A DNA stretch of 64,000 nt, taken from assembly GCF_009914755.1 (NCBI RefSeq), contig NC_060933.1; one strand, given 5' to 3'. Position numbers and translations under genes: made by a program. The stretch comes from the human T2T-CHM13v2.0 reference genome, Homo sapiens. The notes below the pieces were generated by a model, which did no database searches, was not told the origin of the DNA, and was given only the letters and a program-made list of their open reading frames with translations. Positions 16,266-34,900 of this stretch are shown here, in pieces. The stretch's first letter is position 1. Every line of letters starts with the position of its first letter.

Positions 16266-16662
16266 ACACTGGGTCTTATGGAGATTTCTGCTCATCATTT
16301 CTGCATGAGTTAAGTTTTGCTTCTATGTATCTGCCTGTCTGTCTCTCCAATTTGGGGGTCCTTGGTTTGCTCTCTGATCTCATTTCCATGACAGATCTGA
16401 GAAGAGGTGTTGAGTTTTTTGTTTGTTCAACTTTTTACTAGTTGTTAGGATAAAGTATGACTATCAAGCTCCTTACATACTGGTTTAGAACCAGAAGGTT
16501 TTCCTCTCATGTTTGAAGGACAGTTTTGCTAATTATAAAATTTCCAGTTGACAATTTTGTTCCTCTGCCTACACTCCTTTTGTTTTATCATACTTGGAGT
16601 TCATTGAGATTCTTGGATTTGCATATACATGTCTTAAAAATTTGGGAAATTTTTGATCCTTA

Positions 16663-17167
16663 TGTTACCAGAAAGGAGTCCCGATACAGACCCCAAGAGA
16701 GGGTTCTTAGAGCTTACACGATAAAGAATTCAGGGCGAGTCCACAGTGCAAAGTAAAAGCAAGTGGTGAAAGAACAGCTACTCCATAGACAGAGTAGGAC
16801 ATTCCTGAAAGTGAGAGGAAGAACACATCCATCCTAGGTATGATGGTTGCATATATGGGGAGATGTGCTCTCCTACAAGAGTTTTTGATAAAGGATTAAT
16901 TTTCTTAATTACCATATTTTGCAAGAATCAATATTATTATCTTTAATGCAAAATTAGGAATGCCCTTATTCTCCAGATATTGAGATATCTGGACACTCCC
17001 AAGTCTGGGTCTGTTTTAGTAAGCATCATTAATTTGTTCACTGATTCATAAACATCTAGAAGCTAGGAAAATGCCTAATTTTCTGAGAATGCAGTCCAGC
17101 AAGTCTCTGCCTCATTTTCCTAGCCCTCACTCAAAATGGAGTCGCTCTGGTTTGAACGCCTCTGACA
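16663..17167 (-). mobile_element. Solo MER41-family LTR (ERV1)
   Basis: Minus strand begins tgtcagaggcgttcaaaccagagcgactccattttg (MER41 start). TG...CA ends and perfect 4-bp TSD ctta at 16659-16662 and 17168-17171. Confidence 0.88.
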
Positions 17168-18661
17168 CTTATGTTGTCATATAAATCACTGCCTCCTTTC
17201 TCTCTTCTGTTTCTGGAACTTCTGTAATGAATAATTGGACTACTCAATGGTGACTCTTAAATACCTTAGACTCTATTCACTTCCTTTTTTTTTTTTTCCT
17301 TTTTGGTCCTTAGACTCACTACTTTTAAATAATCTTTCTTTTTGTTTGCTGCTTCTTTCCACTGCCTGCTAAAGTCTTCTGTTAAAGCTGTCTCATAAAT
17401 TTTTCAATTCACTTACCGTATTTTTCATCTCCAGAATTTCTTGTTGGTTCTTTTAAAATAATTTCTGTCTCTTTGTTGATATTCTCCTTTTGTTCATATA
17501 TTATTTTCTTCACTTTTTAGTTATTTGTCTATGTTTTTCTTTAGCTCCTTGAGCATAAGATAGTTGTTTAAAAGTCTTTGTCTAGTATTTCAAATGTCAA
17601 TGTTTCTTCAGGGACAGTTTCTGCAGCTGTATTTTCTTCTTTGATTGGGCCATGGCTTTCTTGTCTCTTTGAACACCTTGTAATTTGTTATTGTTATTGT
17701 TATTGTTATTGTGGAAAATGGGGCATTTAGAAAAAAAGGCATTTCCTCTCCCAATGTTTGCAGACTGAGTCTGTGTAGGAAAAGCTCTTCAATAATTAGA
17801 AGGGCATGTTCTTTGACTTAGATCAGCCTGGTCTGAAGGCTTTCATCTTCTGTGGTCTTTTATCAGACTTCATTTTCTCTGGGCCTGTGTGTGCTTTTAT
17901 TTATTTTTTCCTTGTGTATACAGCCTTTTAGAAAATGTCTTAATTTCCCTAGGGGTCATAGCCCTGCTTCTTCTCAGAGTCAAGAATATTCTATTTTATT
18001 CCTCTATCTGTAATCTCATGCTCCAGGCATTTGCAGGTCTATCATGCATCTCACAGCAGCATTCACGAGCTATGTCTGTTGTCTCTCATTGGTTTTCATA
18101 GCCTGAGATATGAGCTGTTCTGATCTTTGCTGTCTGACCGATGAGTTAGAAACAACGGAGACTAATCCAACATGGAGCTCCCAGACAGGTTAGAACATTT
18201 CAAATAAAGTCTGGTTTACCCTTCCAGTTCCAGGGAAGGAATTGGAAGCTCAGCTATCACTTTCCTAAGACCATTCTGTGCAGTTCTAGGGATGGGATGT
18301 GGCAAAGCCAAGTAAAAATGCCACACAATTTTCTACTGCTTTGGATGTGGCTCCGTTTTGTTTGGATGTTCATGTGTTTTCTGTAAACCTTGAGCTGTTT
18401 TCCATAGTTCCTAAATGTCAGTTTAACCAATTTGTAGTTTTTTCTTTAATGTTTCCATGGGGGACAAAGTTCTAAAGTTTTCTAGTCTGCCATTTTTCTG
18501 ACATCACTGAGATTAATTTTATGCCCCAGCATATGTTTTTTTCTAGGTAAATATTCTGTGTACATTTAAAAAAAATGTGTATCTGACAGTTGGTATTTGA
18601 AATTTTCTATACATGTCAATTAGGTCAAGTGGTAATGTTGGTCAAATCTTTTACACTCTTA

Positions 18662-19207
<546 letters not shown>

Positions 19208-20419
19208 TTACTTTGTGTGATACTACTATAGTCACTCCAGATTTCTTTGAGGTAGTGTTTATTATATATTTTTTCGTCTTTTTACTTGTGTTTTTCCATT
19301 TAAAGTATGTTTTTTTGGAGGCAGAATACTGTTAGCTTTTGCTTTCTTTGAATCTAATCTGTAAATGTTAGAGTTTTTGGGCAATTGATACTAATGTGAT
19401 TATTAATATGGTTAGATTTAAGTTTATTTTCTTAAAATGGTTTTTCATTTGTTCCCTCTGTGCTTTGTTACTTTTTCTCTTTTTTAGCCCTTTTTAAAGG
19501 ATAATTGAGAATTTCTTTAAGAATTTCATCTTATCTCTTTGATTGGCTTATCAGCCTTTACTCTTTGTTGGCATATTTTAGTGGTTGGTTTAGGGTATGT
19601 AGCATATATTTTTAACTTTTCACAGTGTATATTCAAGTTATAGTATATTACTTCACATATAAAATTTTTGAATAGCATACTTCCATTTTTCTCCTCATAG
19701 GCATTGTGCCATCACTGCCATAAATTTGACTTCTACATGTGTTATAAACCTCATGCTATATTGTTATTACTGTTACTTAAACAATTATATTTTAAAAATG
19801 CTTAAATAATAAGAAAAACATTCCAGAGTTTTATTCATGTAGTTACCATGTCCAGTGTCCCACAGTCCTTTGTATGCATTTATATTTCCATCTAGTATCA
19901 GTTTCTCAATTTTCTTCTGCCTAAAAACTTTCTTTAACATTTATTGTAAAGTGGCTATGTTGGAGATGAATTATTTCAGGTTTTCTAAGTCTGAAAAATG
20001 TCTTTATTTTCATTTTTTAATGTTTTTTTCACTGCATCTAGAATTTTAAGTAGAAATATTCTTACTTTAAGTACTTAAATAAAATTTCTAGTTATATCAT
20101 ACAATGATTAGATTTTTTAAAAATATTTTTTCACATGTACTTTGAATTTTTTAATTTCTGTTCATACAATGCTGCCATTATAATGGCACTTAAATATCAC
20201 TACAACCCAAGCATTTTTCTGAGTGTCCAGTACGTATCCATTCACTTAATGTTCACAGGAAGATTTGGAGGCATGCCCTGTTATTATCCCCACTTAAGAG
20301 GCCAAGAGAGTACTTGCCCAGAGTTGCTCAGTTAGTAAACCATGTTCCATAGGTGAATAAAACTTTGCCTTTGCAAACTTCAAATGTTGAAAGATAGGTT
20401 TAAAGGGTGATTATTGTTA

Positions 20420-21335
<916 letters not shown>

Positions 21336-21344
21336 AAATGGTGA

Positions 21345-21672
<328 letters not shown>

Positions 21673-21867
21673 TAAAATACATCAAAATTAACTTATATCT
21701 GAAAAAAAGAAACTTAATAGACCAGTACTTTGATATGTGATTCAACTAGAGCTTTCATAAAAAACTTTAGGCTCCCTAAAACGGCTCTTTATTGGATTAG
21801 TACAATTGGCTGAATTTTTGTTTAAGGGTAAAATTTGCCCAAGAATGTAGGGCTTTAAAATTTATTT

Positions 21868-22534
<667 letters not shown>

Positions 22535-24327
22535 TTAATGGCAACTACACTTAGGTGTTTATGAGAGAATATTAAAATTTCATAAATTTACATTGAACAC
22601 TTAAGAAAAGAAACATTGGCACAAAACTCTTTGAACCATGAAAAGTCCACTTTATTCAATATTTATGTGGAAATTGTTCTGGCATAACTTCATTCTACAC
22701 TGCTACAACAGGAAACTATAGGAACATAAGGACAAAATGCCAACATTTAACTGCAGCCTTTCCTGGGAAACATAATATATTTAAATAGCCTTTAGAGACA
22801 AAGAAGAGTCTATTTAATTTATGGAATGAAAAGAAATGTGACAACAAAGCATTTTGTAGTCATGGTTATCAGTCTTTGAAAAAGTTCTTAATAGGATTTG
22901 GGTTTATTTTAATTAATGAAAATAAAATATGAATAATTTATTGAACTCAGTATATTTTAGCAGTGGGAACTTCTCATAAATTATTCTCAAATAATTTTCA
23001 CAAGCTAATCAAAAAAGACATAATTCTGTTTATTATGAAAAATGGGATCCAAGGTTTCGAGAGAACTTTCGTGTCTTGCTATTGTTTCTAAAGTCTCCCT
23101 CCAGACCATCTCATTTCTGAGTTACAGACTTTCCTAAATAACAAATGCAGCCAAATATTTTATCACTTCAGGGTCATTTTTGTTTGTTTGTTTTCTCCCT
23201 TTCTCTCTCTCTTTTTTTGTATCCTTATACCCGGCAGCAGTTTCTTTGAAAATTTGGACCAGAAGATGCATAACAAGTTGTTCTGCAGAAGTTCTTATCT
23301 GATATTCTTAGGGAGCTATCCTGCATGTAATCTTCATTTTTTTTCTCTACCATCATGTAGGCATACTCAGTGTAGACTACCACAATCCTGGATACCTCTC
23401 TGCTTAGATTTACAATCTCTGCTAAGATTTGCCACTGCAGAAAGTGTAGTAGTTTCACTACATATGAAAAAAAAGACTGCCTTCTAACTGCGTACTTATT
23501 TCTAGCTTCTAGATTGCACATTTACAGTGTTTGCAAAAGCAATAACTATTCTTACCAGTAGGAGATGAATTACACACTCCTTCTTCTTCTATAATAAGAG
23601 TTATCTACCTTCTGGTCAAAGTGCTTCCTTAAGGCACTTTGAAGCTCATCTGCTGGCAGGCATGAAGCATGCTGTTCCCCTGAGACTTCACGAACTGGAT
23701 CTACTCAAGACAAAACAGTCTCTGCTTCATTATATTCAGAAATTCAGGCTTGCCATGAGGCTGTTTAGTGTTCTGAAACACAAATGCTGGCAAATCTAAA
23801 AATTCTCCCAAACACATATCTACCAATTTTTGCTCCTTAAATAGGAACAGTATTTTCTCATATCCTTAGATTAGCTGAGTTAAAAAGATGTCCCAAACAT
23901 TGAGTCCCATTATTTTAAGCTTGAAGTTTTATAATTATAGCTTTATCCTTGCCCCATGAGAGAGGCATTCTCTATCAAGCCATTCAAGCAAGGATCAGTT
24001 TTCAGTTTAGATAAAACTACAAAATGAATAAATTCACTTCTGACATTTAATTAATGCCTTTCTTTACTCTCTCCTACCCCTACACTCCACCCCTTATAGT
24101 ACTTGCCTCCTCTCATTCTCCCCATCTCCAGCCCAAATCCAGATGACTTCTGCTATATTAAAGTTTGCTTTCAGGAAAAGATCTGAAATCCGTAAGCGGT
24201 TTCATACTAAATATTAGCACACTTCAGTGGTAGAACATTGATTTGCTGAAGTCTGGGGTTGATTTCCTAGCCCCTAAAATCACATTCTAACTGTGACTAC
24301 CTGTTCTTTCTATAAGTTTAACATTGA

Positions 24328-24698
<371 letters not shown>

Positions 24699-26296
24699 AA
24701 GAATGTTTCTTTCATATGTGACCACATAGGGTATTTCATGTATTAGCGTTAATGTTCCTTATCAAATATGCAATCAGGGGCTCTCTATAGAATCAATTTC
24801 AATAAAACAGTTAAGCAATTTTTTAATGGAGTAGGCATTGATTATAATTTTCTCCTCTTCTGACTTTTCAATTCTTCCCAATTAGCCAGTGATAAGAAAC
24901 TGGAAAGAAAATTTCAACTTGTTTACCATTCATTCACTTGTTTTTTTTAACCTACTGTAGTTTGGAAGGATTAAATTTTAGGCTAGCTGATTCATTTCAC
25001 AAAAAAATTTATAATGTTTTAATAAAAAATATTTCCCTTTGTATTTGAGCTCAACTTAATTCCCATTTGGCCCTGAAATGTGAGAATTGTTTTCCTAAAA
25101 TATTGATGGATGTCAGAAGGCCACAAGAAGTGAGACCTCATCGTTTTTGCTCTATGAGAACATCAATCTTTCTATTTCTGTGAAAAATAAGGAAAGGTAG
25201 GTGGACTCTGGTGATTTCCTGATGTTGAAGTTAATAAAAAGCTCCATTCAAAACTACGATATTCAGCACAATTAATCTTCCCTGTTAATATAAACAGAAG
25301 AAAGAGTAAACTATTTGACCTCAAAGCTCTGGTTTAATTTCTAGCAAGTACGATTACTTCGGTTCATAATTTAAAAAATAAAAGCTTTAGATTTCTATTC
25401 CAAGCCATTACTTTATAAATCATTCATTAAAGAACATGAATGCACAAAACAAAAATAAACTTTTTTTTTAAATTTGATAAGTGTCAGTGTTCTAGGATGT
25501 GCTGGCCATTCTTTGTGGAGGTCCTCAGAACCACCCTCTACCCTTCCAGCCCCAGTGTCACCCTTCCTGCCCGAGTGTCACCCTGCTCCCCTCCCAGCTG
25601 ACTTCCAGTTGGTTTTGGCTAATGAGAGACACCCACAGAAACAGGAAGGTTTCAGAAGTCAGAGCTCAAAAAGTTTCTTCCCTACTCACTCCTGTTTCCA
25701 GGTTCTGACAACAAATTTTTTTACTTCTATGACTGCGGCTCCTGCCAGACCTTTGTGTTCCCCGGCTGCTGCCTTCTGGGGATCTGGCAGCAACCGTTCC
25801 TCCCTCCGCGCCTCTGCTGTAGGTGGTAAAGGCTTTCTGCTAGTGCTTGTCTTTGGTTGCCACAAGGTCACCTGGTGGGTCCCTTCACTTTTCTTTACAG
25901 CCTGTTCCTTTAAACTATCTGAGCAAATCATGCTTTCTTTCTGGGCCTTGACTAATGCAGTAGTGCATTTTAAAAATCTGATTAATATCACATTGCATTG
26001 CTTAGAAAAATATCATAAGAAAAATAATTCTTTGAGAAGTAGCATATTTGTGAAAGTAGATCTATTTAGGAATTAAAATGCTATTAGATTGGCAGGCAAA
26101 TGTTATATTTTTGTATTCTCACTCTATTTTCTAGAACTGAAAACTAAGTTCTAGCTTAGACTGGAATGCACACGGTATACTACAAAGAGAGATGATAAAA
26201 TTGCAGGATGAGAGTATAAAGTACAAGGTAAAACCTTATTAAAACAAAATAAGCACAACTCTACGTACAGGTTGTATGTGTTTATATATGAGCCAA

Positions 26297-26600
26297 GGCC
26301 GGGTGTGATGGCTCACGCCTGTAATCTCAAGACTTTGGGAGGCCAAGGCGGGTGGATCACTTGAGCTCAGGAAGTTCGAGACCAGCCTGGGCAACATGGA
26401 AAAACCTTGTCCCTACCAAAAATACAAAAACTTAGCCGGGTCTGGTGGCACTCACTTGTTGTCCCAGCTTCTCAGAAGGCTGAGGCACACGAATTGCTTG
26501 AACCTGGGAGGCAGAGGTTGCAGTGAGCAAAGATCACACCACTACTGCACTCCAGTCTAGGCGACAGAGCGAGACTCTGTCTCAAAAAAAAAAAAAAAAG
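26297..26600 (+). mobile_element. Alu (S/J-type)
   Basis: Full dimer with poly-A tail. Confidence 0.88.
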
Positions 26601-27782
26601 AAGCAGAAGAAGAGCCAAAACAAGGATACATAAGGATACATACTAGCCTGTCAGCCTGTTATGTATCATTGGTTACCTCAGTGGGGTTGGGGTGATGGTA
26701 GTGGCAATTATTAACATTTTCTTTATACAATTCTTTTAAAAATGTTCCTTTTGTAATTCAAAATATTCAAGAACAAATTTCAAAAGAGTCTATCTTAACA
26801 AACATTTACATTCTTATAATCCAGAAGCTAGTCATCAAACACACCTCAGTATCATCATTTGTTCCAATATAAATATACTCACTTCCTAAATATGTGCTAT
26901 TACAAAGTAGATCTTATTCCTTTTTTATTCTGGTTGAATCATGCAACCATTATCCAGATTGAAATAAAAAATATAATTGTATTTATTATCCATGTTAAGG
27001 TTAAATAGAAGGTAAGTAAGAAGTTTCAAAGTTTAAATTGCATTATCATGGAAAGTAGGGAAGAAAGGAAATAAAGCAGCAACACATAAAACATTTATAT
27101 TTGTGATATTCGACATTTTTTCTAGGACATCCAGTGTTCTAGTTACATCGGCCATCTCGAATTCATGCCTTCATTTGTTCAGTAAGTGTGTAGTGTGTGA
27201 TGATTGTGACGGATGCTTCTCTATTAGGCAAAGTAATTTTTAGAGCCTCACTACTCTTAGTCTGCAAAGTTCATTGACAGCATTATCACCACAGCAAGTG
27301 TCTATGCTGATTTAAATAATAACCATATAGCAGCAATTATAGCCACATAAAATGCATTTCAAGACACACATTTATGTCTAAGGACTTCAAGTCCCCTAAC
27401 CAAACAACTTAAGTAGAATAAACCTAAATAAGTTTTAAGTCAAAAGCAGGGGAATCAAAACAATTACAAGCCTCCTGTCTTAGAAGAAAATGCTGATGCT
27501 TATTGGCTTAACCATATAAAATAGTGTATATACGTTTACTAGACATGAACAACTTGGAACAAATTTTGAGTGTACCTATAAGTGTGTAAAATGTATATTT
27601 TATGTATTGGGAATAATATTCATAAACATATTCCTCCAATGTTGTAAAAAATGCATTCACCCTCACTACGCTAGTGATTTTACAGTTTAATGAAGCCATT
27701 TTTTTAATTGCAAATGTCTACCACCGTAGAAGTTTCTTGTCCTTTCTCCATTAAGCCTAACACTTTGAACACCCAAGTTCAC

Positions 27783-28075
27783 TTTTTTTTTTTTTTTGTC
27801 TTGAGACGGAGTCTGGCTCTGTCGCCAAGCTAGAGTGCAGGGCGCAATGTTGGCTTGCTGCAACCTCTGCCTCCCGGGTTCAAGCGATTCTCCTGCCTCA
27901 GCCTCCCGAGTAGCTGGGACTACAGGCAGGCACCACCACGCCCGGCTAATTTTTTGTATTTTAATAGAGACGGGGTTTCACCATGTTGGCCAGGATGGGC
28001 TCCATCTCCTGACCTCTTGGCCTCCTCGGCCTCCCAAAGTGCTGAGATTACAGGCATGAGCCGCCGCACCCGGCC
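27783..28075 (-). mobile_element. Alu (Sc-type)
   Basis: Full antisense Alu; TSD aagttcac. Confidence 0.9.
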
Positions 28076-28589
28076 AAGTTCACATTTTTAAAGACTCCAT
28101 CTGATGCCTGACAAATTGGTATAATAATAGATTGACATTTGTTGTTTTACTCTAGGTCCAATTTAGAAAATGATTTCCATTTTCTCTCTGTCTCACTGAA
28201 GGCAACTGATCTGTCAATCAAAACTTTAGATTTATAATTTTTTCTGTAATAAAAGACGTGCTATTTACAGAGTTCTTGTGCAAAAGTAGTTTAAGTGAAC
28301 CCAATTTATAATTCAAGAATGACTTTGTAAGTTTCTTCATCTATTACACTTGAATTCATTTTACATTTTACATCTATTACATTTGAATTCATTTTAATGA
28401 AAAAGCCTTTCAAAGTTGTCTTTCCAAAGGGAAGATTAATACACTATTTCTTAGAGATACCATCTAAAAAAGTTAGTATCTTTCTTTCTTTTTTCTTTTT
28501 TGGAAACTCGCGGTGGTGGTAATGTGAGTGAGTTTGTCAATCTTTGCCCCTACTGTGAATTTGAGAAGCAGAGGAAGAGAAAAAGAGAA

Positions 28590-29868
<1,279 letters not shown>

Positions 29869-30771
29869 TAAAAAAATATTTGGAATTGCAACCCGAAAAA
29901 GACGATTTTGTTTACAATAGACTTTCCTCTTGTGGGGGAGTCTAAGATATACCATGCATGTTTTGACTTTTTAATCGATGTTCTTGAATATTCATTGAGA
30001 AAGTGGCCGTTTCTGTAAAACCTGAAAAGAGCATCTTAATAAGAGATTAGCCTGCAAATGCTGTCATTTATTCCTTTTTAGGATTGTAATATTTTGTAGG
30101 AATTAAGTCTAACAGGGAAAAAACTGGCAGACATTACATCATACTGCATCAACTTAGATGTTAGCAGCTTACAGTTTTGCCGACCTTGGCAGCTTCAGAG
30201 TTAAAATGCTAATTAACTTCCACGCAGTATAGGGACAGAGCGCCTGTAGGCGAAACTAAATTAATAACCTGCCCTAACTACTAAGGGAATAACACTTGAA
30301 CACCCCTGTCAGGGGCTTCGTTTCTCAGTAGAAAGTTCTTGGTTAAAGACAAAACTCAGCCAGTCATTTAGGTGATCTTGAAAATGATTCCTCTCTGGAT
30401 GCTAATATTTTACATTATTTAATTTGCCATCGGGTTCCCTGTTTTTTATTTTCCTTAATTTGGTAAACACCTAGGAAGCTTTTATTTCTAGAATGGGCTA
30501 TGATTCTACATCATATGTAGTATCCTCATATCTAATAAATTTTACTAATTTTAAATTACCTTTTAGATCAAGTAATTCTTCCAGATAAAACTATGTAACT
30601 ATAATAATTATACCACCTTCAATACCAAGAAGAAAGTCAATAAGGACATCTAAAAGTTTCCTTCTCATGTAGACACCATGAGTTGCTCACGTTATTCACA
30701 GCTGGTTTTCCAGAAGCACATTGGCCACCCACGAAGGCAGCCTGTTGATGATGGCATGAAATGGCTCTTCA

Positions 30772-31095
<324 letters not shown>

Positions 31096-31736
31096 CTAAA
31101 CATTTGGCATTGTGGGGATTATGTGCAGTTTATCTGAATGTTATTTGACCCGACAAATACATGGGAAAGCTTTGTTAGGAAGATTCTGCATGAAGGGAAA
31201 TATTTTCGTAACTTCAGTGCCCATAGACTTGCACTGAGTGAAAGGTCACTTACTGCTCTCATTGAGTCCCTGAAAACAACAGGAAGCATCAAGAGAAAGA
31301 TTGAACTCTGGGCACTGATCCCAGGGATACACAAACAAATGGCTGGGCAGATTTTGCAGAAATTCCTGTAATTGGTAAAATGCTGAGTAATAGCCTTTGA
31401 TGTAACTTTTCAGTGGGTTTATTCATTACTTAGCCTAAAACACTTTTAATTTTAATTGCCTCAATTTTTTCCCCTAAATGGTTATGTTTTGCAAGTTCGC
31501 TAGCCAGCCTGGGGAAAGAAGGGTAAGCCTACTATAGAGTGTGTGTGGGTTAGTTAGGAAACTCACTTAGATGTGAAATGTGTCAGGAAAGAGATCTCAC
31601 AGAGTGTAGGAATAATTATTTTTACAGATGTTTCATTTTGGACCTTTTAGTAATACCATTTTAAGAGAGATTCTGCAGATGAATAACAGACTCTTAATTT
31701 TAGTGTCAAATGGTACTCTATAAAAAATGGAGTTCA

Positions 31737-31990
31737 GGCTGGGCACGGTGGCTCACACCTGTAATCTCAGCACTTTGGGAGGCTGAGGCGGGTGGATCAC
31801 TTGAGGTCGGGAGTTCGAAACCAGCCTGGACAACACGGTGAAACCCCGCCTCTACTAAAAATATGAAAAAATTTCAGGGCATGGTGGCAGGTGCCTGTGA
31901 GGAGGCAGTGAGCTGAGATCGTGCCACTGCACTCCAGCCTGGGTGACGGAGTGAGACTCTGTCTCAAAAAAAAAAACAAAAAAAACCCCA
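31737..31990 (+). mobile_element. Alu with right-arm internal deletion
   Basis: gtgcctgt-gaggag-gcagtgag skips the central right arm. Confidence 0.88.
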
Positions 31991-34900
31991 AAAAATGTAG
32001 TTCACATGCCTTTATTCATTTTCACCAAACTCTATACAAACAGTATGGAGCAGAAGTAGCCCATGGAAATGATAATTAATTCCAAGACATTGGTTTGATC
32101 ATGAAAAAAGAAAAATCAAATTACTTGGCATTCTTCTTCCTCTTCCTCTCCCCTTCTCTTTTTGAACAATTCAGTCCAAGGTCATTCAGTTCAGCTTAGG
32201 CATCCATGCTGGGTAGTGGGGAGGCCCAGGACCATGGCAGAGCATTCAGAAACCAGCAGGGTAAGGAAAGCATCCACAGTATAGCAAGGGTGGGGACCTG
32301 GAGAGACAGGAGACAGCACTGGTGGTGACCTATAGCAAGTTGTCAGAAGTTGAGTGGAGTGAGGAAGGAGGCATTCCAGATTGACAGAGGCTAAGAAAAC
32401 AAGGCAACTAAATACTATTCTGCATTAAATGCTTATGTTATAAAGGACATGATTGGGAATTGGTGAAACTTGAACAAGATTGGGGATTAAATATTGGAAC
32501 TTTATCCATGATGACTGTGATGATCATATTATGGTTATATAGGAGAACATCTTTGTTGTAGGAAATGTACATTGAAGTATTCAGGGGTGATACAGCATAT
32601 TAGCATAGTTCTTCCATGTTTTCTGTAAATTGGTTTCAAAATCAAATGGTTACTTTAAAAAACCATTCAAAATTGTGTTTAAAGGAAACATGGACCAATA
32701 GAAAAACTCAGAATAAGTAAATGTAGTTAAATTGATGTATTTTACCTAAGAGATGTAGACTAAAAATAAAGAGGCTGAAAAAAAACAATTATGAGAAATA
32801 ACAGTTCATTTATATATGTCTCTAAATCAAATTAGCCTGGATTTCTGAATGACAAAGATGTAATTGGCACTGGGATTGTTCTCCATTCTTTTTGGGAAGT
32901 TTATTGCCTAGGACATCTGTATCAGTCTTCGAAGTACTTTTTAAAGCTTGAATATCTGAATGAACCCGTCAGACTGACTGTTATCTGGTCTTCTGTAATG
33001 GGCTTCCGCACCTTTGACGAGACTCTTAGCTGAAAGGTTGCTTGTCCCTAGGCCCGGTTGCTGCACGTTGTAAGAGCATTTGCAAACGCTTGGTTGTACA
33101 TGATTGTGCACATGTCAAGTCTGCTCTGTCACTGTAGAAAAAATATTCCTTTTCCACTTGACATATAAAGCATGGAATTGTTTGTTTTAAATGTATTTTG
33201 TCAAGGAATTCATATATCTGCTTGATGTGTTGTGGTACTGTATAAAAGACAAGTGTGAAATTCATTGCTTACTATGATAGCCTTAACAGGACTACAGTAA
33301 ATCTAGTTTTCTAAAAAACGGAGTATATGCTTAGCTTGGTTAAAATTTTATAATGAAATGACTACTCTGGTAATAAAAATTAAAAAATATCATAAAGTGG
33401 GGGCTAAAAAATGATACTGCATGTGTTCCAGTTAATGAACATTTTTGTTGTAATAATACGAAGAGTGATTGAAATCTAAAAACATTCGAGATTTTAAAAT
33501 AGTTTTAACCTTATAACTACAGGATTGTAATTTAAGTAGCATACCTACTTAATAAGGCAGCAATTAAAATTATTGCTAAGAATTAAATTACCAAGAAGAC
33601 GTGGTCTAGTATGTATTGCCTGGGCTGTGGTTTGAATTACTTTTGATTAAGTATAATCACATTTTTTGAGAGTATAAAAACAGAGGATATTACTTGCTTC
33701 TAATTCACAGATGTGTTTATGAACCATTGGCAATTAAAGCATTTGCAATTGAGGCCCTAAGAAAATTTTAGGTTAAAATAACATGTTGAGTTATGCCTTA
33801 TAACTCAGTATATGCTTATACTTTATATGCTTTACGGAGTTTTGAATATATAATATATATGTATAATAGTATATTTTTCCAGGAAATATATAACTTGTAG
33901 TTCCTTGACTTATTTTGTAACTAAATCCCGTGGAAAAAAGTTTATTGAATGTCATTGTTTCTCAGGCAAATGTGGAGTTAAGAAAATGATATATATACAT
34001 ATTGGGAATCTTTTAGAAGGCTTGGACTTGGTAGCTCAAATCTTCTGCAACCTTGAGCTTCAACTTTCTGGCCGGTTCAAGAGATCTCTTCACTGTCCTT
34101 TTCATGTAAAGTCAATGTTTATGGAACACTAGACCAAAATGGAAGGATTCCTTTGGAAACTGAACAAACAGTTGAATTAGTCTTTGACTTGATGGGGTGA
34201 TTTGATCTAAAATATTACCTATCAGTTTTAGATATCTGTTCAATCAGAGCTGCCTCCATATATGCAAATGATAATTTGTCTTGGATTTTTAGATATCTTA
34301 GCCCTCAGACAAGCTAATAGAGTTTAAATTGAACCTGGTGTTTTAGGGACAGTTGAATTGTTGGGGTGCCCAGGAAAACAGTCACATTTTTCTATAAGTA
34401 TGTGTTTATTTGGCTGGAATGTGGGTGAGGAAGAAGTTATATGTGAATTAAAAGAAACATTATCTCAATGTCACATGTTAAATTAAATTAAATTACAGGC
34501 AGAACTAAGCGAGTTTACGATTGCTGCCACTGGGAGCAGAGACTATTTTCAGCTTACATTTATAACAGAAGGAGGGATTTAAAATATAGTATTATGCCTA
34601 CCCTGATACAGCTAACCTCCTCCACCCGCCCCTCCACACACATACAGCTACATGCTTACCCTCGAACTATGAAAGAAGGGTGTCTCTCAGACATCCTATA
34701 TTTAACCCAGCTTTGGACAGGTCCCTGGAGTCTAGTCTTTTTGAACACAGCAGTGAAGATAAGGAATGGGGAGGGGGCTTTGATTTCAAGACCACTAGAT
34801 ATAGTAGATTCCTAATTTAATTTCAAAGACAAATCAATTACTAACACAAATACAAAGAGAACAGTATTTTAAGCAAAGCTTCTGTTGTGGCAGATAACCT

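Noticed and set aside
25474-26076. 200-aa ORF
   Set aside because: TTG start, no recognisable homology, and it overlaps what looks like an old LTR-like repeat.
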